Of a stretch of 64,000 nucleotides of DNA, positions 1 to 12,071 are shown in pieces. The notes below the pieces were generated by a model that was given only the letters and a program-made list of their open reading frames with translations, made no database searches and was not told where the DNA came from. The first letter of the stretch is position 1; the number at the start of each line of letters is the position of its first letter. Source of the stretch: Piedraia hortae CBS 480.64. Lineage: Eukaryota. The stretch lies in assembly GCA_010093745.1 (NCBI GenBank), contig MU005968.1, positions 124,001-188,000 of the forward strand, in the 5' to 3' direction. The position numbers were made by a program, and so were the translations under genes.

Positions 1-629
1 TCGGGCTGCATCCCGCTCTCCAGTTACCAGGCGGAACCCGCACCAGAATTTGGATGTCCTCTTTCGTGCAGACGCTGCTTCAGCATTGCTTTTGCCATGT
101 GCTGGGATCATGGGAAGATTCATATCGTTTAAAATGTTGGTGTAGATGTCAGGAGCGCAGTTGGTTGAAGTCAGAGATGAATTGCCCTATCTCGACGTGA
201 GCCGGGGAATACCGCTCTGCCTCGTTAAAAGGACATCCCTCAGTCGGTTCTAGGAGGGAACCCAGGTCTGGTAAGTCCGGGAAGCATCATAGCCACATAA
301 ATAGCCCAGAGCAGTGTTGAGGTTCAGCTTCATGAGCTTCGGTTCTGCCGCGGCACCCTTCTTAAGCTTTCGATCCGTAGGCGTAGAGGTGAGATACGTC
401 GAGTCTACCAAGCACATCGAAGAAAATAACGGCCCTTGAGGTCGTTGTATAAGGCCCAGAACATGTCGAGATGTGCATTGTCGGGCTCTCCGTCGGTATG
501 TTTGCTCTCCAGTGAAGGAGCCAATCAGGTTATCCATCGCCACGGTCTGATGGCTAGTCAAGCAGTGTCGCGACCATGGAAAGGAATGCATACAATGCTC
601 TGTGTTCCGTTGCTTTGCTTTCGCGGCCA

Positions 630-740
630 TCATTGACTGCGTCAGGTGGTTCCCTCCGCAGTTTGCGCACTTTCTTGTTGATCCTCGCATTCGCGGGCTG
701 GATGCTCTCCTGCACTTTAGGCATAGCTCACGGTACATGA
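630..740 (-). mobile_element. LINE ORF1 (gag-like) zinc-knuckle remnant
   Basis: CLKC...KCANCGGNH in ORF 250..738 resembles the Cys/His knuckles of Tad1-clade ORF1; the rest of the ORF is unrecognisable. Confidence 0.4.
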
Positions 741-1730
741 AGTAGACTTTTTCCAGTCATTTACCGATCTTACCCGCTTGTGCACCATCTTGTAGACTCG
801 CCCAGGTGTGGTAGGGTGATCATCCTCGCTCGATTACCACCAGCAAATCACCTTTTCTCCACACGACATGCCCCATAGTTGATATGACATCTACACAGCT
901 GCCATGTCTCAAGCCCGTCGTGTGACATGCCCGCGGTAGGTGAAGAAGACCCCTCTCCTCCCTCCCCCCTCCCTCCCCTCCCAGGATTTTGCACTGCAGC
1001 TTTGATTCGGCTGATGTCTCGAAGATATAGATGCATTCCCTGTCTCAGAAGTATTGAAGCAATGGCTACTTGACCTTTGGATGGTTGTAGGACCATCTTC
1101 TTGCCGCTGTCCGAGTACGCAAGGTGTGACTTTTCGTATGGATAATGGGTGTTCTTACCCTTGACTTCATTGATGGCTCGTAATTTGAATTTCCGCGTAC
1201 GGTTCTGTTGAACTTTTCGTTGCGGAAAGGCTCCATTCTCATAACCACAGATCGAATTCCTTTCTCACATGGTTCCAGGATAGTATAGTTGGCACCATGT
1301 GTCATCAAACGAAGCATATGCTCCTCGATTGACATTGTATACTGCCTACTATCGACTCTCAAAGCTGGTCAAGGGATGATTGAGCGACCTAGGTACCGTG
1401 GAAGACCTTCCTGTCGCAGGTCATGCTGGCTAATCTGTAGTCATCATGTGTCGTTGATCTGTATGCTGCACTGCCCTCGAAGCGGTGTAAGGATTTTCTT
1501 CACAGGGATAATGGCCCTCCACCCCCACCATCTGTGAGGAATCGGAGATGTTGCGCTTTTGCGGGAAGTGTCAGCTTGACACTAGACACTCCCAGCAAGA
1601 CTTTGACAATGTCAACTTGTACCCACTCACATTGCAAAATTCGGGACCCTGTAACTTGAATCCCAAAACAAGAAGAAGCGGGCACTCCCTTTGTTTCCTG
1701 AAGTTGAATGTACACGGGCAAAAAAATGAT

Positions 1731-1847
1731 TGCAGCTTTTGAGGATCGAACTCAATACCTCCAGATCACGAGATCAGATGCCTGATTCGCTTTTGAAACC
1801 AAAGTTAGGACTTCAGTCTGGCGCTCTCCCAAGTGAGCTAAAGCTGC
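1731..1847 (-). tRNA. tRNA-Phe(GAA) with 44-nt intron (1767..1810)
   Basis: The minus strand folds as a cloverleaf: acceptor GCAGCTT/AAGCTGC+A, D arm GCTC/GAGC, anticodon stem CCAGA/TCTGG with CTGAAG, T arm TTGAG-TTCGATC-CTCAA. The intron is at the canonical position after nt 37, and a T7 terminator follows at 1720..1726. Confidence 0.95.
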
Positions 1848-2419
1848 ATCTTCGTTGATTTAAAGAGGTGCTTGTAATATTTATGAACTTGGTAAAATTG
1901 AAATTAAATAGGGAGATGTTTCAGTGCTTTTGCTATACACAAGGGTAGGGGAATGAACGATGAAGATCTGGGGTCGGAGATTTTACATTGTCATCACTGT
2001 TCAACTGGAGCCGCCTAGCTGCTGGCAAACTCCTTCAGTTCCCGATGGAGCTTTTACATTCAAACAAGCGATCATGATAATTAAACCAGCTGACCGAAAA
2101 CGTATACGTGCATTAGCGCCTGTAGGCTGATGATGCTGATAACCGTCACTGGAGGCTGAGCGAACAGAGTTGATATTCAGCCTCGAGATGCACACTTGGA
2201 CAGTCACGCAGAGTACGATCAGGTCATTGTTTTCGAGATGTTCTCGAGCACCGAGTTGCATGTACAAGGCGTCTGAGCCATAGCATTCAGAGCTGATGAA
2301 CCAAGGGTGCATCAATTGTGACGGATTACAAAAGCTGCGGTAATCCGATTGGGAAGGTCTAAGCCACGCCCGTCATTGGAATATAAATTTTCATAGTCAG
2401 CATTGTCTACAACCTAAGC

Positions 2420-3669
2420 ATGTCCTACGGGTATCGTAAGTTGGGGGTTCACGATGATGTTGGCGCTGCTAAAGGAATGCAGCGGGTCAGGGACCGCCTC
2501 CAGGTGGCCAATGGTTTCCCCCTGAAGGCTCTGGATACTACCAAGGGTTTCAACAGGCCCCAAATGCTCCATACCCTCAGTTTCAACAGTGGCCAACGGG
2601 CGCACCAACGCAGTCACCGCTGCCTGGTCAGATTTATACACCGCCAAGTCCGAATTGGGAAGGAGTACGAACTTACGATCCAGAACCGCCGTCTGTTGGC
2701 TACGCTTTGGATGGACCGCCCCCACCGTTCATGGCCGTTGAGGCTAGCGAGCTAAGGAAGGCCATGAAGGGCATTGGGACCAATGAGAGCGTTTTGATTG
2801 CTATACTATCCCGTCTGGGACCGATTGAGATGGAAGGTGTGAAGACGACGTACAAGGCCCAGCATAAACGTGATCTGGTGCGGGATGTACACTCAGAAAC
2901 ATCGGGCAAGTTCCGTGAGTGTCTCGAGTCCCTTTTGCGTGGGCCGCTGGACGAGGACTGCCAAAACGTATACCAAGCCATAAAGGGTCTGGGGACGAAG
3001 AATTCGACGCTAAACGATATCCTGCTGGGACGCAAGAACGCAGATATGAATGCCATCAAGCATCGGTTCCATCAAATCTATCACAAGAGCATGGAATACG
3101 AGGTGAAGAGCGATCTCTCGCTCAAGACGGAGCGTCTTTTTGAGATGATCATGACTGCTAGCAGGAGACCGGAGACGACGCCGATTAACCATCAAGAAAT
3201 CGAAGCTGATGTGCGAACAATTGCCCACGCAACCGAAGGCCACGATACGGACAAGTTTGTCATCTGCGACATATTTGCGCACCGCAGCGAAGGCCAACTA
3301 CGCACCATTGCCCAGGCTTATCAACACCATCATGGCCGCACACTGCAACAATGCATTTCGGCAAACTTTTTCGGTCACATGAAGGACGCTCTCTTATATA
3401 TGCTCCAACACGCAGAAGACCCGGCCAAGCTCGACGCCGATATGATCCACGACGCCATAGAAGGCATCGGCACCAGAGACGCGGCCCTTATCCGCCGAAT
3501 TGTGGCTATCCACTGGAATCCGGACAGATTGCATCAGTGCAAGGCGGCCTACTATCACTACTACCATCGCCATCTGGCGGATGCCGTACGAAGCGAGACG
3601 AGGGGCGACTATTGCAAGACGCTTCTTGCGTGCATAGGAGGAACAGTTACCGGGGTGTCTATATCCTGA
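2420..3669 (+). CDS. Annexin with Gly/Tyr/Pro/Gln-rich N-terminus (intron 2436..2482)
   Basis: Four annexin repeats (MKGIGTNE, IKGLGTKN, EGHDTDK, IEGIGTRD; SETSGKF, SETRGDY). Splicing GTAAGT..CAG joins MSYGY to PGQGPPPGG in frame with ORF 2707..3669. TATAAA lies about 35 nt upstream. Confidence 0.93.
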
Positions 3670-3858
3670 CGGATGCTGATTGGCCAGATGGGTGTGACTG
3701 GGCGGGGGGGTCTGAAGCTGTGATTGGTGGGGGGTGGAGGGGTTGCAGCTTTACGCGCCGACAGCTGCAGGTCGCCCCGACCACCTGCCCATCGGGCGCC
3801 TACGGTCGTGGCCATGTAGTTTGGACCCTTTCCTCGCTTCTTGCCCTACGCAATCACC

Positions 3859-4701
3859 ATGTATCATCCTATTCAAATGCTCGCAGCCTTTCTCTCGCTT
3901 TCCACAGCCCATACTGTGATAACATACCCGGGCTGGCGAGGCAACAATCTCCACACAAACGGCAGCCTGCCGCAAGACACGCCGTCGTCAATAGGCATTG
4001 ATATCGCCGAAAATGGCACATTATCGTTTCCATTTGGAATGCAGTGGATGTATCCATGTTAGTAGCCCAAACCTGACAGAGTTCAACGTACTAATGCGTG
4101 ACCCAAAAGGCGGTGGCATGCCTCTCACAACGAACCGCACAAAGTGGCCAGTATCGGGCGGAGCCATCTCGGTGCAGCCAGGCTGGTTCCGGGGGCACTC
4201 GAAAGCATTAATATACATCAACATTGGCATTCAAGATGGCAATGAAAAGGCACCACCAAACTATTCACATCCAATCGTGCCACCTTTTCAGATAACAGGC
4301 CCCACCAACGACAAGTATCCCGGCCAGTTTTGCCTCCCGCAAACTAGCATGCCGGCCAACACGAGCCTTCAAGTAGGTCAGAACATTACGATACAGGTCA
4401 TCGAGACAGCCCAACATGGTGCTGCCTTGTATAGTGTATGTTTGAGAACAGACTTGGCCGAGGACCGTGCTGACTCTTTTAAAAGTGTGTAGATGTAACC
4501 CTTGCAGATGACCATGATCCAGAGATTCAAGAAGTCACGCGGGACAATTGCTACAACAGTAGCGACATTGGCTTCAACCTGCTCTTTACGACGCAGGGCC
4601 TGGATGCAGAAGGGCTGACAAACGGAGCGATAAGCAGGAGGGCCTATTCATGGCTAAGTTGGGCAGGATTCATGCTGATATGGGCAGCATTTCTGACATG
4701 A
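3859..4701 (+). CDS. Secreted GPI-anchored BIM1/X325-like (LPMO-fold copper-binding) protein; introns 4058..4109 and 4436..4485
   Basis: Signal peptide followed by N-terminal His (STA|HTVITYPGWRG), PCGG, a second His (RGHS), FCLP and QHGAALYSCVD. The C-terminal tail is hydrophobic. Both introns have GT/AG ends and CTAAT/CTGAC branch sites and restore one frame. Confidence 0.8.
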
Positions 4702-4945
4702 TTTCATGGGACGGAGTTTTTGCTACAATTATACCTATTTGTCGAGTGTGTATTAGCGACTAGATAGTGAAATATAACCCCGGGAGTTTTACAGTGGGGC
4801 AGGATGGGCCCGTGGGACGTGGGATGTGGGTGGGCTGTGGGCTGAGGATCGCGGATTGCGGGCTGCAAGAACCAGCAGAACGACAATGATGTAATTCACG
4901 TGTCGCAGCAAAAGCATTTGCATCGCTTCGTCGGCGACCACCTCC

Positions 4946-7802
4946 ATGGCCGTGTTTTCATCGCGCCGGCGGAAGAGTCTGGGCTCGGTGAGTGGTGAGA
5001 GTAGAGTTTTGTGACGTTTTGATTGACGGGGGCCAGACTGTGGATCGCTCCACCGCCCACGCCGCCCTGACCGCCGCCGACCAGGCTTACCACCGCTCCG
5101 AACAGGATGCCGCCCTGTCATCTGCCGCCGCCGCTAGCGCCCTCCGTTCGCTCTCCGCCACGCCGGAGCCCGTCGGGAACGTCCAAACGAAGCGCGCCAC
5201 CCGCCGCGCGTCCACCGGGCTGCAGCGGACAAACAGCTCCGGGTCGATGACCGAGAGGACTTTTCGCTCGCCGTCTCCGCACCGCGCAACATCCGTTGCC
5301 TCGGATGCGCCGCCCGTCCCGTCCCTGCCGCAGAATCTGCCAGTCCAGGGCCACAAGAGGGCGGGCAGCATGGAGCCGCCGCGTCGCATGTGGTCGCCTG
5401 TGCCCGCCCGGGCAGCGCGTGGATCCAGCGTCGATCGCAGCAGTATTTCGAGGGTTGCGCCGCACTCGGACAAGCGTCTCTCGCTAGTGGGAGAGGAGGA
5501 CGGCGATCGAACGTCCATCAACTTCTCGCGGCCAATGAAGAGTCCAGAGCCGCCGGAGATGATATACAGTCCCGGTTCGCGCACGCTTAGTCCAGCGCCT
5601 GTGCAGCCAGTCCAACAGGCTGCCGAACAAACTGCTTTCTGGGACCCGCACACTCGGAGTGTTGTACGTCCCAGGAAGGCGCTCAGCTCGTCGCGACCAT
5701 CGCCGACGCGTACAGCTCCGTTGCTCCATAAGCAGCCATCTGTTGTGCACGAGTCACGTGAAGAGAACGCCAAGGAGCCAACAAAACTGCTGCAGGCCTC
5801 CGCGGCACCCACCAGAGCGTCTGTGGCTCGCCAGCGTGCAGAAAGTCTCGAAATCCCCCCTTCCTTTGCTCATCGTGGCCGTCAGTCAACGCCGAGTCCA
5901 GCGCGCAGTGCCCATTTCTCTCCGACGCCGGTCGTGGAACCCCATCGTCATGTACCACCACCTCGTGATGTCAGTCCTGTGAAGTCGGCGATGAAGCGGT
6001 CAACTTCTTCTGCCGGGAGGCGTGAATATGATTCCATGTCTATGACTTCGCAGGATAGTTTTGCATCCAAGAAGAGACCGGCCCGGGTTAGCTTTGATGA
6101 ACGTTCAGAGGAGCCAGGGACTCTTCCTGAATTCATGACGCCGCGCCCAGCTTTGCCTCTGTTTGGAAGTGTACAACGGTTCAGGGACGGACCGGTTGAG
6201 AGGCCGAAAGTACCTCCGGCGACTGTGGCTTCTCCGCCTATGGCCTCCCCGAAGCCAGTGGTGCAAGAATCTCAATCGCCCAGGTCGCAAAATGCCCCTG
6301 CTGCTGATCTTCCTGTCATCAACCTCTTGCCTCCCACCCCTGGGGATGTTGAGAAACAGCTAGGCATAGCTAGCCCACCAAAGCAGAAGCGCCAGTTCTT
6401 TATTCCTGGCGCTTGGGATGATGACCTGGACCTTGACTCTCCCCGGTCATCATTATCTGGACCTTCCCAAACGGCAGTTCCCAATGACGAGCCAGCAGAA
6501 GACGATTCTGACGACAGTGATGTGTTTTCTGATGCGTCTGAAGACTTTTCTGATGATGGTGCCTTTGCTTCCATTGATGCCATTGTGGAGAAGCCATTGG
6601 TGCGGACACCGCCGACAAAACCCGAATCTTCCTCGGACTGGGACAAAGCTACGGCGTACTGGTCCAGGTTGTCCCAGAAGCAAAAGGACCAAATTGAGCG
6701 AGAACATGAACCAACCGAACCAGTTCCAAAACTAAAAAAGAAGAAATCAGCAGATAACCTACCCAAAGTCTTATCTCCGTCCTCGCCCCGGCCTACAATG
6801 AACTCTGATGGGCGTTCATCTACAACATTTAACAGGAAAGGGCAGGTACAGCGTCCACAATCAGACCAAAACCTCAAAACCCTCAGACCTGCTGATCAAC
6901 CACCTCGTCTACCCAAACCTAAGCCCGGTCCATACACAACCAAAGTCCAGAACCAAATATCCCAAGATTCCGACTCGGAGAGCTCATTCAAACGAAGTCG
7001 TCAAAGACGCCACAGCGCCGGCAGTGCAGGCGGACGCTATACAATGCGCCGCAGCATGCGCAGCGATGAACCACCCATACCCGTCCCCCAACGAGCTCTA
7101 AGCCCCTCAACCGGTCAGAGAATGAGCGGAATTACCAACTTGCGCCCTCTCTCACCCCGCCTGTCCGCTCCCGAAGGAGCCCTAAAAAAAACCCTCCGCG
7201 ACGCTCCCAAACAAACCAAATCCAACCGAGAATTCAAATCCCGCTTCACCGAATCCTCCGACTCTGACGAAGCTACCGTCCGAAGACGTAGTCGTAACCG
7301 CAGCCATACCCAACCCCGACCCGCCTTTCGAAGTCGTTTCTCCCACGACTCTTCGTCAGCGTCCGAGGACGAAACATTTCGCTTCATGCCCGCTGAGAGA
7401 CCTATACGCGGGATTCCTAGGACGCAAACCCGCTCCGTGGAAAGTACTGACCTCGATGAAGAGGCTAACGAGCTCCGCGAGGCGGGGCTGCTTGATCCTA
7501 AAGCTGTGGAACAGGCTATGGGTGTTGCGAGGAAGAATCTGGGTGTGGGGCAGGGTGAGGCGCTTGCGCAGGGCACATTGCGTGGGGAGGAGAGTAGAAA
7601 GAAGGGAGGGGGGTTCAAGGGTTTGTTGAAGAGAGGAGGAAAGAAGGACAAGGTAGTGGAGGAGGATTGGCCGCTTCCGGCTGCTGGAGATGGTGGGGTT
7701 GGAGGGACAGAGGTTAATGGGAAGAGGGAGGTGTACAGTACTCGAACGGGGAGGAAGAAGAAGTTTGCGTCGTTGAGGAGGACGTTTGGGTTGGAGGATT
7801 GA
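4946..7802 (+). CDS. Large Ser/Pro/Arg-rich, probably disordered fungal protein of unknown function (intron 4988..5036)
   Basis: 936-aa ORF. An upstream exon MAVFSSRRRKSLGS splices in frame via GTGAGT..CAG. Conserved-looking islands: AAAASALRSLSATPEPVGNVQTKR, RHVPPPRDVSPVKSAMK, FASIDAIV, WDKATAYWSRLS and RTGRKKKFASLRRTFGL. Confidence 0.85.
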
Positions 7803-8454
7803 TTGATGAGAGAATTGTTGGATGGGGGATTACAGGACGGGGTGGGGGTTTAATTTTTTTTTTTTTCGATTCTTGATGGATTGATTGATTGATTGATTGT
7901 ATGGGTTTAATGAGGGGTTTTCTCTAATGAGTGGGCTTAATGTTCCGAGGGCTGTGCGGTTCGTGGGGGAGTGATAGATTACTTAGGGATTAATTTTCAT
8001 AACTGTGTTGTTGGAAGTTTAATTGGTGCGGCTGGTATCAAAGTCAACCATGCTGCGAGTGAAGGCTTGGCAGTTTTGGGAGGAACACTCCCCAGCCCCT
8101 CAGTCAGGCCACAAACCTCCTGCTCCAGATCTCCATTTCGCAACCATCCCTTGCCTGAAACCCTTCTTGTATCCATATACCCGACTCTTCCCTGAACCGA
8201 GCAATCACATCATGAAACCAAAACGAAATTTTCCAGAGAGCGGCGAAATCATTAAGAACAATTAGGCGAACTGACATCCCGGGGAAAGATCCTTTAGACA
8301 AAAACAATATGAGCAAAACCATGTGTCGGAGATGTGTAAGAAGAAAAGATCACGAGAGGGCAACAGGTGTTGGTAACAGCCACTTCGACACAGATCGGTG
8401 ACACCGTCATTATCCGTCCCGGTACGTGTGGTTTCTTCTTGCTGGAAACTTGAG

Positions 8455-8730
8455 CTGGAACGCGAGAACCCAGTAGAGGGGACATATCGGTATGTCCTCG
8501 CAGTTAACCTGGAGGATGAAAGAAGCAGTCTACTACCTCCTCGCAGGCTGCCGAGTTTTGTATGGAGATGCTGGGTTCTGTTACTTCATCAACAAAGATT
8601 GGGCTGGAGGCGCTAGAGAGTAATCCAGCAGTCGACACGTCGTTATGTCCTCGCTGTTAACCTGGAGGGTTCGAGAAGCGGTCTGCTTTCTACATCATAC
8701 GCCGCTTCGTTGTATGCTGCCGAGTTTGGC
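8455..8730 (+). repeat. Degenerate tandem duplication (unit offset 153 bp)
   Basis: TATGTCCTCGCAGTTAACCTGGAGG (8491) matches TATGTCCTCGCTGTTAACCTGGAGG (8644) at 24/25, and AGAAGCRGTCT and GCTGCCGAGTTT also recur. Confidence 0.75.
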
Positions 8731-9942
8731 CCGGAGGAAATTCACCTCATCCCGACAATGCAGTGGCCTATTAACATCAAAATTATGAGTGGTCGGTTGG
8801 ACCAGGCAATGCCCCGATTCAGTGATTTTGAACGCTAAGCGCGCATCTCCTTGGTATACCCGGGAATCCTTTCTTCTGTGTACAATGGGGGCGGAGCGGA
8901 ACCCAAACCTAGTATGCTGGATGAGTTGCAGCCTACCAGATAGCCTATTTTGTGCAAGCGAGAGAAGTTTGTGCCATTCTACAATCTTGTAGAGCTCGCT
9001 CTCTGTCGAAATATCGTTCACGTCTCGGTGTGGTCTCTGCCTAGGACTTGGGTGAAACGACGAGCGGCCCATCTTCCAGCTGACTGGCAGGAAGAATACG
9101 TACCCGGCAGTAGATTTGTCTAAGTCGACAAAAGACAAATCCGTGTACCACTGCTCACGGTCGAGTGTGGAGCCTTTGTGAGATGTGTAGCTATGCCCAT
9201 TGCCTTGGTTCCAAGTAGGTGTCGCAAGACGCGTTTGGCTGCATCGATAGAATATGGCCGTTGTGGACCGCAACCTCATCTTGCTTATCCAAGCGAGCCA
9301 TGAGTGCTCTGTGTGCTTGGAGTTCTCGAGCCATAATCCGCCAGCTTCTTCCTGATAGTTTCTATCAGCTCGGGATGACACCATATGATGCACTCTGCAA
9401 AAAAATGAAAAAACATGATGTTGGCAACAACATGGATCGTTGGAACCGTCCATCAGCCGGGTGAAGAGTGACACTAGTTCAGCTTGGTGTCATCGCTGTC
9501 TAGCTCGCTCATTCGGGGGAGAGTGACCCCTCCAGTCATTACTGGTGCTGGACGCACCGAGAGGGAACTTGCCCATAAAGTGCGTTCCTAGCTTTGGCAC
9601 TATTGTACATATCTGCCGTCAAAAAGATTGGCAATGAGTTTCCCGAGTGAGGGTAAGTCATCTGATGACCTCATCTCATCTGCTGTGAGATCAAATTTCG
9701 CGTAGTGGTAACTTGAGCATATTCCGTTTGTCCAGGAAGATCAATAACTTCCAGCCAATTTACATTTGGCGTCTGACGGATGTCCAACGTCACTCTCTGC
9801 TGCCGTTCCCTGTACGGAATCATTGCAATTTGTGAGGAGATTTGAAACTGGCGCAGTTTCTCCAGAACGCTTCCATCAGCCTTGTGTAAAGTCCACCCCT
9901 TGTTTAGGATGACCCGATTTTTGTGGTTATATTCATCAACAA

Positions 9943-9992
9943 NNNNNNNNNNNNNNNNNNNNNNNNNNNNNNNNNNNNNNNNNNNNNNNNNN
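9943..9992. other. Assembly gap
   Basis: Run of 50 N. Confidence 1.
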
Positions 9993-9999
9993 TTTCACT

Positions 10000-11960
10000 G
10001 CCTTCGAGAATGTCAGTCGGTCATCAGGGCTACCCAACTCGACGCTCGTCATCGGTCCAGGTCGGGAGTGTAGACTGACTTGCCAGACCGCTTCGCGGAT
10101 AGGTGTCCGTGAGGTGGTCATATGTCTCCTTAAACGCTTGAAGCGTCTAGGCCATGGAGGGGACTGCACGAGGGAGGCTTTATAGATGCATTCCTGGCGT
10201 GACATTGGGTATATACCCCCTCATGGAGTTTCGCGCTTGTGAAAGCTGATACTGCGTCGAACAAGAGGATGGTTAGTCCCATTTGCTCACTGCCTTCTTC
10301 AATTTATCGCCCACATTTCCCCGTTTGTCGTCGTACATTGTGCCTTTGATAACCACATCCAGCGCGGCGATAGTCGCTGGATCTCAGGAGACTCGAGTCT
10401 CCATGCAACTATCCGTGGCCTTTGCGTATCTCTTTGTGGCAGCCACTCACAGGCTGTGGAGCAAGCGAATCTGCTCATGGTGGAATCGCCGCTCGTCGCA
10501 TCAAGATCCAACTCGCCAAAGTCCGCAGGGCATCGAGTGCACATTCGACAGGCATTACTGGCACTACTGTTCTCCGCCTGCTGTGGCATGTCGCCAATGC
10601 AACAATAGATCATGACGCAGAGAACGTATTTCTGGCCGGCCATGTTAACCTCGATGCCTGCATCCAGCTGTTCCATCTCCGGACCGATGGCATCTATGAC
10701 TTCGGAGGTGTTGGTTCCATGTGGTCCCGGCGTGATAGGAATGACATTCGACGGACGAGCGCGCTCTTTGGCGGACAGGGCATGATTCGTAACATAGAAC
10801 CCTACGAGCTAATGGCGCATGTTCCTATAAAGGCCGGACGCGTCGAAGAACACGATCAGAGGCTAGGAGACGACTGGGATACCGCCATGGAAACTAGGTA
10901 GAATCCAGTTAAATGGGGACTTCCGAAGTGCAAAATCTCAAGCTCACCGCGAATGGGATGCTGCTTCCAGATAGGGCGGACTGTGGACGTTTGTAGATAC
11001 GTCGAACGAAATGCGCGCATCCTCTAAGCATCTGAGGTATGTCAGCACGATTAACGGCATTGTGGGAACCCATAATGCATCATAACGGGCACACTGGATG
11101 GCCTACAGGCGTCCGGCTGCGTGTATATGATGTCGCCTTCGATGAGGAACAATTCCAATGGGTGTGCTGGTGGTTCTTCCGCATTCTTCGAGGAGGCGCA
11201 TGGGCTGAACCCGCACAAGGCAAAAAAGTAATTTTGATCTTCTTCCGGCATGGTGGCATCAGGTTCTTCAAGAAGGGCGACACGGTTGGCTGTGCCCAGC
11301 TCTTTCAAGAGAAATCTGAGCTGGTAAATAGTCTGAAAACCACATTTCACGACCCAACACTGCATTTGACAGGCGCATGCAAGCGGGCAAACGCCTTGTA
11401 CGATTTTTGGGACCAGTCCAAGCCAAACTTCGTACAAAGGACACTCCTTCCGATAGCTGCTCTGTGCTGCGCTGCAATGTGCAGAGGCGGACGGTGCGAC
11501 ATGGCCAAATCAAAGATTCAGAAACATATCTGCCGTGTGGAACGCCAAACGCGCGACGACGAACGAGACGAACGAGACGAACGAGACGAACGAGACGAAC
11601 GAGTTTGGTTGGTGCGACGTTGTGTTGTGTCTCGGGGTTTTGGTGAGGTTTTGGTTGGGTTACCCCCAGAAATGGCCCTTTGGGACTTTGTATCGTGAAG
11701 CTGACCGTCTCAGTGCTTCCCTTCAAAATCTCAGCCAAAAAAACATCACCATAGATCTCTCGAAGTTTTTGCACAGATGCCGATCATGGGAAGTGCACAT
11801 GGAATCCCGGCGCACTCAACATCACCGCAGAGCGTGGAGACATCCACAGCACGACGCGGCTGAGGACTGGCATCTGTCCCTGGAGGAATTCAACAAGGCC
11901 CTTCGTCATGTGGTCTGGCGGCGATGACCATATGGTGAATTGCATTGCTTCTCCGTATGG
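10000..11960 (-). mobile_element. Degenerate CACTA/EnSpm-like transposase, copy A
   Basis: Minus-strand translation across stops: HPIRGELEILHFG...PLIVFFDASGLYRNMRH*LVGFY...ERARPSNVIPITPGPHGTN...LDAGIEV...CIGDMPQQAENS...CRMC. It is homologous to 52480..53260. The superfamily assignment is inferred. Confidence 0.65.
11558..11602 (+). repeat. Minisatellite (GACGAACGA)x5
   Basis: Five perfect 9-bp copies. Confidence 0.95.
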
Positions 11961-12071
11961 AAACATTCACGGCAGGTTCAAGAAAGAGCTACAAATGTAG
12001 CGGCACGGACCGACTGTGTCGCTCGGTAAAGGAATCGGGACCGTTGGAAATTTGAACAAATTCAGTTTCAT

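Noticed and set aside
5087..7651. Long antisense ORFs (also 24561..25655 and 47637..48266)
   Set aside because: Shadows of GC-rich sense-strand genes with no independent motifs.
8040..8160. MLRVKAWQFWEE as a pogo CENP-B HTH remnant; similar weak Fot1, MULE and LINE hints at 55.2-56.1 and 57.7-57.9 kb
   Set aside because: Similarity too short or weak to support without a search.
8491..8668. Two 25-bp repeats as a CRISPR-like array
   Set aside because: Only two copies with similar flanks in a eukaryotic context; this is a tandem duplication.
9700..9760. LEVIDLPGQTEY as a Ras/dynamin G3 motif
   Set aside because: No P-loop or other G motifs are visible in frame.
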